Assembly (NCBI GenBank): GCA_021741645.1
Contig: JAIOXK010000001.1
Location: forward strand, 27,656-91,655
From: Candidatus Nanopelagicales bacterium
Lineage (GTDB): Bacteria > Actinomycetota > Actinomycetes > S36-B12
Direction of reading: 5' to 3'
Length of the DNA stretch: 64,000 nucleotides
Shown: positions 1 to 8,391 of the stretch, piece after piece
Layout: the number at the start of each line of letters is the position of its first letter
Numbering within the stretch: the first letter of the stretch is position 1
Position numbers and translations under genes: made by a program
Notes under the pieces: generated by a model
Database searches by the model: none
Told to the model about the DNA's origin: nothing
What the model saw: the letters and a program-made list of their open reading frames with translations, nothing else

Positions 1-1097
1 CTGAGGGCTGAGCCCTCGGTGAGGGCGTACTCGAAGCCAGGACGTGGCGTCTGCTCCTGTGCTGCCCGGCTCCCGAGATAGGTCTGGAACCACCCGATCG
101 TCATCTCGCGGAGTTGTTCGGTCACGGCGACGGGATCGGCGAGGCCACCGTCATGGCCTCCGGCATGCCACACGACCTCGACGGGGACATCAGGGTTGGC
201 TTCCATGATCTGCTCGGCGTTGGCGTTCGTCTCATTCAGCGGGAACAGGGAGTCGGCCTGCCCGCCGCCGAGAAGAGTGGGCGCCGTGATGCGATCGGTG
301 ACGCTGCCGGGCGAGGACCGCCACATCAGAGCCGAACCCTCCGGGCTCACCGTTCCGTCCACGGCCGCCTCGGTGTAGGCGCGACACCAGTCGGGGGTGA
401 AGCGCCCGCACTCGGTCACCGTTCCGTCGCGCAGAGTGAGGCCGGAGCTGAAGAACAGGCCCGACCAGAGCTCCTTGTAGACACCCCTCGTGTCGGAGCC
501 CAAGGCGCTCTGGCCGAAGAGGGACGACTCGAGACTGTTCCAGGTGATGTCTGCAGCAACCGCATCGACGCGCGGGTCGTAGCCAGCGGTCAGCAGGGCG
601 AGGGCACCGCCGTAGGAGCCGCCTGCGATGCCCACCACCGGGTCGCCGACGCCGTCGAGGCGTACACCGGGGAGCGCTGCCAGCGTGTCGATGGCGGCTG
701 AGGCATCGGCAACTTCGAAGTCGGGGGAGTTCATGGAGATGGAGCCGGCCGATTCGCCGAAGCCTCGGGCGGAGTAGGCCAGGACGACGAAGCCGGCCTC
801 GGCGAGGGCGGCGGCCTCCTGCGCCACCGAGTCCTTGCTGCCGCCGAATCCGTGGGCCACGATCACCGCAGGCGCGGTCTCGTCGGGTCCCAGTGTGGTC
901 GGGCGATATAGGTCGGCGTCAAGGGTCACCGGGTCGGCATCAGTTCCCGAGGTTGGGCCGCCCACGATCGTCATCGCCTCGGGGGCGGGCACCGACGTTG
1001 ATGTTCGCGCCAGACCCACTGCCGTGGCGACGACCACCACCCCGATGATGAGGGCGATCAGGCCGACGAGTCGTCGCCGTGTTCGGAGCCTGCCCAT
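1..1097 (-). CDS. alpha/beta-fold serine hydrolase (S9/S15-like peptidase or esterase) with N-terminal membrane anchor; the 3' end runs off the window
   Basis: Hand translation of the minus strand from ATG 1097-1095 gives MGRLRTRRRLVGLIALIIGVVVVATAVG...VAHGFGGSKD...nucleophile elbow GIAGGSYGG (about 600-640)...HAGGHDG. The frame is open to position 1. It is absent from the ORF track because there is no stop in the window. It overlaps the upstream gene end by 40 nt. Confidence 0.7.
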   Translation of the reverse strand, partial: MGRLRTRRRLVGLIALIIGVVVVATAVGLARTSTSVPAPEAMTIVGGPTSGTDADPVTLDADLYRPTTLGPDETAPAVIVAHGFGGSKDSVAQEAAALAEAGFVVLAYSARGFGESAGSISMNSPDFEVADASAAIDTLAALPGVRLDGVGDPVVGIAGGSYGGALALLTAGYDPRVDAVAADITWNSLESSLFGQSALGSDTRGVYKELWSGLFFSSGLTLRDGTVTECGRFTPDWCRAYTEAAVDGTVSPEGSALMWRSSPGSVTDRITAPTLLGGGQADSLFPLNETNANAEQIMEANPDVPVEVVWHAGGHDGGLADPVAVTEQLREMTIGWFQTYLGSRAAQEQTPRPGFEYALTEGSAL

Positions 1098-1960
1098 TCC
1101 TCGACCTTACGGCGACGTCGGGAGCGGCGCACGAGCAGTACCGTCACCGGCACCGCGACAACGAGGGCGATCAGGATGAAGGGCAGCAGGAATCCGAGCG
1201 CGGTGAATCCGAACCCGACCAGTGCCACGAGCGCAGACCACCCACTGGCGAGGCCGGACAGGAAGCCCGGGGTCTCCACGTCAGCGACTCGGGTGATCGG
1301 GGACAGGCTGATGGTGACGGTCGACATCGCCACCTGATCGGACAGCCAGGCGCGCTGTGACGTCAGGGAGTCAAGATCCGCCTGCCGCCGAGCCAGCTCA
1401 CTCTCGACGGCGATCAGATCCTCAACCCGATCGGCGTCGGTGAGCAGTTGGGTCAGTCGCTCGATGCTCGTCTGCAGTGCCGCGATGCGCGCATCGAGAT
1501 CGATGACCTGCGTGGTGACGTCCTCGCTTGAGATATCCATGGACTCGACGTCGCCGAGTGCCGTGACGTCGGGGAGGAAGGCGTCCAGTGCGTCGGCGGG
1601 AATCTGGGCGGTGACGGTGGCATAGCGATCGGCATCGGCCCCCGAGACGTTCTCTGCTGCGATGACACCGTCATAGGAGCTGACCAGAGCCCGAATGTCG
1701 GCGACGGACTCGGAGACGGCCTCCACCCGGAGTGAGACGTAGGCCCGACGAATGATGGAGCGCTCCTGCATGGAGTCGACGGTGGACGCCTCCTCTGGTG
1801 CGCGGACGGCCTCATCCATCATCGGAGCCTCGGCCACGGCCGCCTCGGGGCCCGCTGCCATGTCGTACTCGGCGACGCTGTCGCCTGAGCCGCAACTGGC
1901 AAGCGTGAGGGTCATCGCGGTGGAGATGAGGGCGGTGATGATGAGGCGGCGCGTGCGCAT
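1058..1960 (-). CDS. DUF4349-like lipoprotein (lipobox, coiled-coil, C-terminal TM helices)
   Basis: ORF 1058..2086 trimmed to ATG 1960 (MRTRRLIITALISTAMTLTLASCGS, lipobox LASC), preceded by GGAGGAG. It has a coiled-coil middle (DLDARIAALQTSIERLTQLL) and a hydrophobic C-terminal block followed by RRSRRRRK. Confidence 0.7.
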   Translation of the reverse strand: MRTRRLIITALISTAMTLTLASCGSGDSVAEYDMAAGPEAAVAEAPMMDEAVRAPEEASTVDSMQERSIIRRAYVSLRVEAVSESVADIRALVSSYDGVIAAENVSGADADRYATVTAQIPADALDAFLPDVTALGDVESMDISSEDVTTQVIDLDARIAALQTSIERLTQLLTDADRVEDLIAVESELARRQADLDSLTSQRAWLSDQVAMSTVTISLSPITRVADVETPGFLSGLASGWSALVALVGFGFTALGFLLPFILIALVVAVPVTVLLVRRSRRRRKVEEWAGSEHGDDSSA

Positions 1961-1965
1961 GGGAC

Positions 1966-2001
1966 TCCTCCGGTTCTCTCTTCTGCGAGTGTGACGGAGG
2001 A
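1966..2001 (-). promoter_or_regulatory. possible Shine-Dalgarno-sequestering hairpin upstream of the DUF4349 gene
   Basis: On the minus-strand RNA, UCCUCCG (complement of 1995-2001) can pair with the SD CGGAGGA (complement of 1966-1972). This gives a 7-bp stem and a 22-nt loop, with the SD 5 nt from ATG 1960. Confidence 0.3.
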
Positions 2002-2045
2002 CAGTCGCGGATCGTTCCTCATGGAGCGCAACGATTCGGCAACGG

Positions 2046-4130
2046 TCAGGGCAGCAGCGACACCAGATGGAGCGTCTGGGTGGCACGGGTGCAGGCCACG
2101 TAGATGTCCGAGCCCCGAGCCGTCTGCTCGGAGATCACGGCAGGTTCGATCACGAAGACGTGATCGAACTCCAAGCCCTTGGTGTCACGGGCGGTGAGCA
2201 CGGAGATCGGCGCGTCGATCGCGTCCGCTCCCACTCCGAAGCTGGAGTCCTCGTCGGCCAGCATTCGAGCCAGTTCGGTGGCTCGTGAGTCGGGCACGAC
2301 GACACCGATCCGCCCCTCCTCGACAGGCCGGCGCGCCAGGATGAGATCGGCGAGATCCTCGACGGCAATCTGCAGGATCTCGGTCTCCTCTCCGGTGCGA
2401 ACCGGATGCAGGATGGGTGCATCCCCGCCGGCCAGCGTGAGGAGCTCGGTCGCGGTGTCGGCCGTCTGCTCGGTGATCCGGTAGGTCACCGTGAGCTGAT
2501 GCACGTCGATCCGGTCGCCGGCCCAGTCGAGGGCTTCATGCCAGTCGCGCGCACCGGCGGGATGGGCTGTCTGCTGCAGGTCGCCGACCACCGTCATCGA
2601 CCGACGGGAGCACCGCCGCGAGAGAGCACGCCACGCCATTCTCGACAGCTCCTGTGCCTCGTCCACGACGACATGTCCGTAGACCCAGGTGCGATCTTCC
2701 ATCGCTCGCTCGGCCACAGTGGTGGACGGCCGGTGGCGCTCGTGCGGATCCTCGATGTGCAACTCGGCGTAGTCAGCGTCTGGGCGCTCACGCGGTGCGG
2801 TGGGTCGGACGAACTCGCCAAGGCGGTCGGCGGCCTCGTCGAGCAGGGGTGCGTCGTCGATCGTCCAGGGGGCGTCCGGAGCGCGCAGCAGGCAGCGCTG
2901 CTGTGCTGGGCTCAGCAGTCCGTGAGCCGCCCTGCTGAGGAAGTCCTCGTCGGAGAGCAGGAGCCGGATGAGGCGCTCGGGCGTGATCGGCAGCCACATG
3001 AGATTCAGTGCGCGACGCACAGCCGGCTCCTCGACGAGGTCCTCCAGGGCGGCCGCGCGAATGTCCGGGTCGCTCGGATCCTCGCCACGGCGTCGGGCGC
3101 GGTCTCGCGTGAGGTGATCGAGGGCGCGACGGAGGAAGGGCTCCCGATTCGCATGGAAGGTCCCGTTTCGGGGAACCGACTTTCGTGCTTCCGCCAGCTG
3201 AGCGGCGGTGATGGATACCTGTGAGCCGTCGGACAGGCGAATGTTCACATCATGGTCCGGCACGCGAATGCGCAGCCGGACGGCGTTCGCGATCACGCGG
3301 GCCATGACGACATCGCCCTTGATGGCGGCGGTCGCTGCGTCGTCGGGCCGATCACTGGAGACCCCGGGGTAGAGCTGCCCGGGTGTCAGCAGGACCACGT
3401 CGGTCTCGCCCAGACTGGGGAGCACCTGATCGATGTAGCGCAGGAAGGCAGCCGACGGTCCCACGATGAGGACGCCATCGCGGGCTAGGCGTTCGCGGTG
3501 CGTGTAGAGCAGCCACGCGGCGCGGTGCAGGGCGACGACCGTCTTGCCGGTGCCGGGTCCGCCCTGCACGACGGTGATCTGGTTCAGGGGACTGCGCACG
3601 ATGCGGTCCTGGTCCGCCGCGATCGTCGCGATGATGTCGCTCATGCGCCCGTCACGAGGAGCATCCACCGCACGTGCAGCGGCATCGACAGCGATGGCCG
3701 TGGGATCGCTGAGATCCTCATCCTCGATATGGGTCACGGCGCGACCCCGAGTGATGATCCGACGTCGCCGTCGCAGGCCCATCGGGTCGACCGTCGTGGC
3801 CTGGTAGAAGCCCGCCGCATTGGGCGCCCGCCAGTCGATCAGGCAGGGTTCGCCGTCGGCATCGCGGAGGCCGATCCGACCGATGTGCTGAATGCGCCCG
3901 TCCTCATGATCGACGCGGCCGAAGCAGAGGCGGTGCTCGGCGGCGGCAGCAGCGGCGAGCTGCTGGGAGAGGTTGTCGTAGAGGGCCTGACGCTCGAGCA
4001 GGTCCTGGCCGGTTCCCGTGGACTGCGCACGCGCGATGGACTCCATGCGCTCGGCCAGATGCTCGCGGAGGCTGGCGAGCAGCGCGTAGGCGTCGTCGAT
4101 GAAGCCCTGCTCCTCCACGACCGCGTCCAT
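2046..4130 (-). CDS. HelD-like / UvrD-family superfamily-1 helicase (actinobacterial HelR-type architecture)
   Basis: ORF 2046..4919 trimmed to ATG 4130 (MDAVVEEQGFIDDAY...). N-terminal motif CFGRVDHEDGRIQHIGRIGL...LIDWRAPNAAGFYQAT; Walker A VVQGGPGTGKT; C-terminal KGLEFDHVFV and YVACTRATQTLHLV. An alternative GTG start lies at 4181. Confidence 0.85.
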   Translation of the reverse strand: MDAVVEEQGFIDDAYALLASLREHLAERMESIARAQSTGTGQDLLERQALYDNLSQQLAAAAAAEHRLCFGRVDHEDGRIQHIGRIGLRDADGEPCLIDWRAPNAAGFYQATTVDPMGLRRRRRIITRGRAVTHIEDEDLSDPTAIAVDAAARAVDAPRDGRMSDIIATIAADQDRIVRSPLNQITVVQGGPGTGKTVVALHRAAWLLYTHRERLARDGVLIVGPSAAFLRYIDQVLPSLGETDVVLLTPGQLYPGVSSDRPDDAATAAIKGDVVMARVIANAVRLRIRVPDHDVNIRLSDGSQVSITAAQLAEARKSVPRNGTFHANREPFLRRALDHLTRDRARRRGEDPSDPDIRAAALEDLVEEPAVRRALNLMWLPITPERLIRLLLSDEDFLSRAAHGLLSPAQQRCLLRAPDAPWTIDDAPLLDEAADRLGEFVRPTAPRERPDADYAELHIEDPHERHRPSTTVAERAMEDRTWVYGHVVVDEAQELSRMAWRALSRRCSRRSMTVVGDLQQTAHPAGARDWHEALDWAGDRIDVHQLTVTYRITEQTADTATELLTLAGGDAPILHPVRTGEETEILQIAVEDLADLILARRPVEEGRIGVVVPDSRATELARMLADEDSSFGVGADAIDAPISVLTARDTKGLEFDHVFVIEPAVISEQTARGSDIYVACTRATQTLHLVSLLP

Positions 4131-4259
4131 GGCACCCCCGATAGTCGGCTCGACCCCAAGAAGGGGAGTCGAGTCTGCCACGCGGCGAGGGTCGGGGGTG
4201 ATGTCGGCCCCATGCGGCAGGATCAGGTGCAGGCGAGTGACGAAACGAGTGGAGATGCA

Positions 4260-5426
4260 ATGACTGTGGTGTCGGCCCTCATCGGGCTCGTGGCAGGACT
4301 CGTCATCGGAGCGCTGGTGGTGTGGATCCTTGCGGGCAGTCGAATGCAGCGTGTGTCCGAGCGTGCGGTCCAGGCCGAGGCACTGCTCGCGGCGGCGCGT
4401 GCCGAGACCGAGACGGCTCGAGCGGAGACCCAGGTGGCGCGTGCTGAGACGGTCGCGGCCCGCGCCCAGGTGACGGCGGGGGCCAGCATGGCCGACCTCA
4501 TCACACCGGTGCGGGAGAGTCTGGAGAATCTCCGCCGCGCGTCCGACGCCTCCAGTCGCGACCGCGCCAGCGCGGAAGCCACCCTGACCAGTCAGATCAC
4601 GGCTGTTCAGGAGCGGTACCAGTCTCTTGAAGGGGCGACCAAGCAGCTGGTCTCCGCCCTCTCTCGTGGCCAGACTCGAGGGCAGTGGGGTGAGATGCAG
4701 CTGGAGGGGCTGCTCCAGCATGCGGGGCTGGTCGAGGGAGTTCACTTCACTCGGCAGGGGACTCGACGCGACGGTGAATCGGCCGTCCGCCCGGACATTG
4801 TGATCATGATGCCCGGCGGGGGCGAGGTCCTCATCGATGCCAAGTTCCCCTTCGACGCGTACTGGCAGGCCAGCACGGCCGAGGAGCAGGTCACGCGTGA
4901 TGAGTTCATGCGCAAGCATGCTGCCGATGTCCTGCTCCGGGCGCGCGAACTGTCATCCAAGGGGTACTCCGACGGTGCCAAGAGCCCGGACTTCGTCGTC
5001 ATGTTCCTTCCCCTGGAGTCCTTGCTGTCGTCGGCGCTGGATGCCGACGGCCTATTGCTCGAGCGGACCTTCGAACGCAAGGTGGTGCTGGCGACACCCA
5101 CCACGATGCTGGCGTTGCTGCGCACGATCGCCTTCGGCTACCAACGGCAGCTCATGGCCGACAACGCCGAGCAGATCCGTCAGGCAGGTGCAGAGATGCT
5201 CACGCGTCTGGCCAACCTCTCGGAGCATCTTGAGGGAATGCGACGCGGACTCGATCAGGCCGTGAAGGGATACAACTCATTCGTCGGCTCGTTCGATCGT
5301 CAGGCAATGCGTCAGGCACGCCGCATGCACGAGATGGGTGTCGAGGCTCCCAAGGGAGTCGAGTCCCCAGCAGCGATCGAGACAGACCTCCGCACATCAG
5401 ATCCGGCGGCACTGCGGTCTGATTGA
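4260..5426 (+). CDS. rmuC: DNA recombination protein RmuC
   Basis: ORF 3498..5426 trimmed to ATG 4260 (MTVVSALIGLVAGLVIGALVVWIL, a TM anchor). It has an Ala/Glu/Arg coiled-coil and the RmuC core RGQWGEMQLEGLLQHAGL...RPDIVIMMPGGGEVLIDAKFP. Confidence 0.85.
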   Translation: MTVVSALIGLVAGLVIGALVVWILAGSRMQRVSERAVQAEALLAAARAETETARAETQVARAETVAARAQVTAGASMADLITPVRESLENLRRASDASSRDRASAEATLTSQITAVQERYQSLEGATKQLVSALSRGQTRGQWGEMQLEGLLQHAGLVEGVHFTRQGTRRDGESAVRPDIVIMMPGGGEVLIDAKFPFDAYWQASTAEEQVTRDEFMRKHAADVLLRARELSSKGYSDGAKSPDFVVMFLPLESLLSSALDADGLLLERTFERKVVLATPTTMLALLRTIAFGYQRQLMADNAEQIRQAGAEMLTRLANLSEHLEGMRRGLDQAVKGYNSFVGSFDRQAMRQARRMHEMGVEAPKGVESPAAIETDLRTSDPAALRSD

Positions 5427-5457
5427 CGGGCGAGCAGGCCTGCAAGCAGTGAATTCG

Positions 5458-5475
5458 CCGGGACTTTAGTCCCGG
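5458..5475 (+). terminator. perfect 7-bp hairpin after rmuC
   Basis: CCGGGAC-TTTA-GTCCCGG, 32 nt after the rmuC stop. It is followed by AAAAG and not by a T-run. Confidence 0.35.
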
Positions 5476-5600
5476 AAAAGCCATGTCTGGGCCGTGATTC
5501 CGACGTCCTTACATGTCCTTCACGATTGCCGCATGGTGCCCTCATGTCCAAGGAGGAGAAAGGAGTTGTGCAAGCAGCACACCGAACCAAGGAGGACACC

Positions 5601-6293
5601 ATGACCACCACTCGAACCCGTCGACTCATCGCCCTCGGGGCCAGCGTCGCCGTTGCCGTTCCGATGGGGCTGGCCATCGCGACTCCAGCATCTGCTGCCG
5701 TGTCTGCGGAGACGGCAGACATGCTGCAGTGGATGGTGGCCGAAGAGAAGCTGGCCCACGACGTCTACGTCACGCTGGGCGACCTGTACACCGCTCGCCA
5801 ATTCGATTCCATCGCAAACTCCGAGTCGCGCCATCAGGACGCCATGCGGGTGCTCCTTGACCGCTACGACGTGACTGACCCGACGGTGGGCGATGCGGTG
5901 GGCGAGTTCGACGACCCGACGCTGCAGAAGCTCTACAACGACCTGGTCAAGCAGGGCAGCGTGTCGCTCGCCGAGGCCGCCCAGGTGGGCATCGCCATCG
6001 AGAAGCTCGACATTGCCGACCTGAAGGAGGCACTCGCCGACAACCCGGCCGCCGATATTGAGGCCGTTCTCAACAACCTGATGGCCGGCTCAGAGAAGCA
6101 CCTGGCCGCCTTCACCCGACTCGCTGACGGCGACACCGCCGTGGGCACGGGTCAGCAGGCGGGCCGTGGAGGCCAGGGCACGGGTCAGCAGGCGGGCCGT
6201 GGAGGCCAGGGCAAGGGCCGGGGAGCCAAGGCTGCAGGGCAGAACACGAACGCCAGCGGCACCCGCGACGGCAGCTGCCTCACCACCCAGTAG
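5601..6293 (+). CDS. secreted ferritin-like DUF2202 protein with Gly/Gln-rich tail
   Basis: ATG 5601 is preceded by AAGGAGGA. The signal MTTTRTRRLIALGASVAVAV...ASAAV looks Tat-like. The EEKLAHDVYVTLGDLY...SESRHQDAMRVLLDRY motif is typical of DUF2202. Confidence 0.7.
   Translation: MTTTRTRRLIALGASVAVAVPMGLAIATPASAAVSAETADMLQWMVAEEKLAHDVYVTLGDLYTARQFDSIANSESRHQDAMRVLLDRYDVTDPTVGDAVGEFDDPTLQKLYNDLVKQGSVSLAEAAQVGIAIEKLDIADLKEALADNPAADIEAVLNNLMAGSEKHLAAFTRLADGDTAVGTGQQAGRGGQGTGQQAGRGGQGKGRGAKAAGQNTNASGTRDGSCLTTQ
6143..6212 (+). repeat. 33-bp tandem duplication (2.1 copies) encoding GTGQQAGRGGQ
   Basis: Copies at 6144-6176 and 6177-6209 are identical. They lie inside the DUF2202 CDS tail. Confidence 0.9.
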
Positions 6294-6313
6294 GCGCTGA
6301 CGCTCTCAAGAAG

Positions 6314-7525
6314 TCAGCCAGCACTCGACCCCGACGGTGACCCCGTCGGGGTCGTGCTCGTACTCGGGGTCGTGCTCGGTGTTGCACTGGCGCTCGGCTC
6401 GGTGCCCGGTGGCCACGTCCATGGGGTCAACGTCGCCTTGCGCTCCTTGCTGAGCAGCGCCACCCACACCTGGCCGGGCTTGAAGGCCATCGGTGATCCG
6501 TCTGCCATCGTGAAGGTGGTGCCCTCCTTGGCGCTCGGCCGCGACCACTGCACCTTCCAGCCGAGGCCGTCCCTGAGGACGACGGCGCGCCCGCTGCCGA
6601 TGGTCTCGGCATGTGGGGTGCTGCCGCCGCCCTTGTCGTAGAAGGGGGAGGGGTTCTGGTCGACGTACTGGATGACCACCGTGGCCGCCTGCTGGCCGGC
6701 CTTGTTCTCCTCAGCCTCGGCCTTGACGCCATTGAGGCTGACGGCGTACGTGCCCTTCTTGGGCCGGTACTCGAAGCCCGCTGACGCATAGCCCCACTTC
6801 ATCTGTGCATCCGTCGCCGTGCGCCCGCCTGGTGGCACGGCCTCATCGAAGACGAACCCGATGTCGCGCGACAGACTTGCCTTGGGCGCCCGCTGCAGGG
6901 CCACCTCGCCGTCAAGGAAGTAGTTGTAGGGGGCTCGGCGGCTGGAGTCCCGCGCGTACCCCTCCCCGCCCCGGCGCGGCGAGACATCCTGCAGGGGAGC
7001 CTTGTCGATCACCGGATACATCTTGCGCTGAGCGCCGGAGTAGGCGAATGCCGGCTTTCGGAACTGGGCCAGCAGATCGATGTCGGTGATGCGCGCCGAC
7101 CGCACCGGGCCGATGCGGTCCGGCACGGATGAGGAGAACACGGCGGCGAGTCTGGTGATGCCGTACTCCACCTCCTCGATGTAGACCACGTCTGCGTTCA
7201 CGAGTCCGGCATGGGGCTGTGCATTGCGCGTGTTGTCCAGCTTGACCACCAGAACGGGCTCGGGTTCGCCGCCCGGCAGGCCGGTCAAGGGGGAATGCCA
7301 GACGGGCTCCGGCGTGGGCATCGGAGTGGGCGTAGAGCTGGCCGAGGCAGATGCCCCCGTGCCCGGGGACTCGGCGCTCGCGGACCCGGAGCTCGCCGAC
7401 ACGCTTGGCGAGGGGGTCGACGAGCCAGAGCCGGACTGGGTCGAACCTGACGAGCAGGAGGCCACGGCGGCCGCGGTGGCGATCAGCAGGGCACCGAGGG
7501 CGGTGGGGCGGGAGACGGGCACCAA
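6314..7525 (-). CDS. DUF3048-family lipoprotein with Ser/Thr/Pro-rich linkers
   Basis: 403-aa ORF with lipobox AVASCSS and the core VVKLDNTRNAQPHAGLVNADVVYIEEVEYGITRLAAVF. It is divergent from mraZ. Start is TTG 7525 or GTG 7522. Confidence 0.75.
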   Translation of the reverse strand: MVPVSRPTALGALLIATAAAVASCSSGSTQSGSGSSTPSPSVSASSGSASAESPGTGASASASSTPTPMPTPEPVWHSPLTGLPGGEPEPVLVVKLDNTRNAQPHAGLVNADVVYIEEVEYGITRLAAVFSSSVPDRIGPVRSARITDIDLLAQFRKPAFAYSGAQRKMYPVIDKAPLQDVSPRRGGEGYARDSSRRAPYNYFLDGEVALQRAPKASLSRDIGFVFDEAVPPGGRTATDAQMKWGYASAGFEYRPKKGTYAVSLNGVKAEAEENKAGQQAATVVIQYVDQNPSPFYDKGGGSTPHAETIGSGRAVVLRDGLGWKVQWSRPSAKEGTTFTMADGSPMAFKPGQVWVALLSKERKATLTPWTWPPGTEPSASATPSTTPSTSTTPTGSPSGSSAG

Positions 7526-7681
7526 CGCAGGCTACGTCCTGCCCTGGCGCGATCGGTCACGACGGGGCCGTACTCCCGTCAGCAAGTTCCCCTCGCAGAC
7601 CAGCTCCGAGACGGCGACGTCCCATTTCCGGGAGGACGCCCCGTTTGTTGGTGGAGGAGTCGACCAAATTTCCTAGGGGAG

Positions 7682-7727
7682 AGTGGTTGACGGTGGAGGA
7701 AAATGGAGTACAGTGGCGTCACTTGGA
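7682..7727 (+). promoter_or_regulatory. candidate MraZ operator: five TGG cores phased at exactly 10 bp
   Basis: AGTGGttgac GGTGGaggaa AATGGagtac AGTGGcgtca CTTGGagaaa, with TGG at 7684, 7694, 7704, 7714 and 7724. It lies 45-90 bp upstream of the mraZ ATG. Confidence 0.55.
7687..7714 (+). promoter_or_regulatory. candidate mraZ/dcw promoter (-35 TTGACG, 16-bp spacer, -10 TACAGT)
   Basis: TTGACG at 7687-7692 and TACAGT at 7709-7714, in a locally AT-richer stretch embedded in the TGG repeat array. Confidence 0.4.
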
Positions 7728-7770
7728 GAAACCAGGGGGGCCCATGGGGCCAGACGGGGAGGAGTGAGAG

Positions 7771-8208
7771 ATGTTTCTCGGCTTCCTCGGTACCCACACT
7801 CCGAAGCTGGATGACAAGGGCCGACTGGTCCTGCCGGCCAAATTCCGTGAGGGCTTCGCGAGCGGACTCGTACTGACCAAGGGCCAGGATCGGTCGATCG
7901 TGGTGTGGCCGGCGGCAGAGTTCGCGGCCTACGCAGAGCGACTCAATGAGGCGTCCCGATCCAATCCCAAGGTGCAGGCCTACCAGCGTGTGCTCTTCTC
8001 CGGAGCCTCAGACGAGATTCCCGATCGACAGGGCCGCATCACCGTGCCCCCTGCTCTGCGCGAGTACGCCGGACTCGATCGTGACGTAGTCGTCGTGGGC
8101 AAGAACACGACCGCCGAGATCTGGGACGCGTCGGCGTGGAATTCGTACCTGGCCACTCAGGAGGACGCCTTCTCGGGCCTGTCCGAGGAGGTGCTGCCAG
8201 GCATCTGA
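7771..8208 (+). CDS. mraZ: transcriptional regulator MraZ
   Basis: 145 aa, [27 protein letters not shown] plus a second [18 protein letters not shown] repeat. It is the first gene of the dcw cluster. Confidence 0.95.
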   Translation: MFLGFLGTHTPKLDDKGRLVLPAKFREGFASGLVLTKGQDRSIVVWPAAEFAAYAERLNEASRSNPKVQAYQRVLFSGASDEIPDRQGRITVPPALREYAGLDRDVVVVGKNTTAEIWDASAWNSYLATQEDAFSGLSEEVLPGI

Positions 8209-8277
8209 TGCAGATCCGTGGGGTGAGGTCTCCTCCCGCTCCTCGCTTGCATCCTGACGCGACTTCCCCCGCGCCAG

Positions 8278-8306
8278 GGTCCGCTGGAAACAGCGGGCGG
8301 GGACCT
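8278..8306 (+). promoter_or_regulatory. stem-loop with GAAA tetraloop in the mraZ-rsmH spacer (possible mraW RNA motif or attenuator)
   Basis: CCGCTG-GAAA-CAGCGG at 8281-8296, extendable by GGTCC (8278-8282) pairing with GGACC (8302-8306) across a 5-nt bulge (GCGGG, 8297-8301). Confidence 0.3.
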
Positions 8307-8344
8307 GACCGACACGGAGCACGCCGCTGACACACCGCCCGGAC

Positions 8345-8380
8345 CCTCACCACCGAGAACCTCACCACCGCGAACCTCAC
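8345..8380. repeat. 15-bp tandem repeat CCTCACCACCGNGAA, 2.4 copies
   Basis: Units at 8345-8359 and 8360-8374, plus a partial unit at 8375-8380, directly upstream of the small-ORF RBS. Confidence 0.85.
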
Positions 8381-8391
8381 TAGGGGAAAGA

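Noticed and set aside
114-701. 195-aa plus-strand ORF at the window start
   Set aside because: The opposite strand encodes a clear alpha/beta hydrolase with a GGSYGG nucleophile elbow. The plus ORF has no motifs.
3498-4259. 5' part of plus ORF 3498..5426
   Set aside because: It is antisense to the helicase gene. RmuC features (TM anchor and coiled-coil) begin at ATG 4260.
4131-4919. N-terminal 263 codons of the 957-aa ORF 2046..4919
   Set aside because: This part is antisense to rmuC, has no helicase similarity and has low-complexity composition. HelD-like similarity begins at MDAVVEEQG (ATG 4130).
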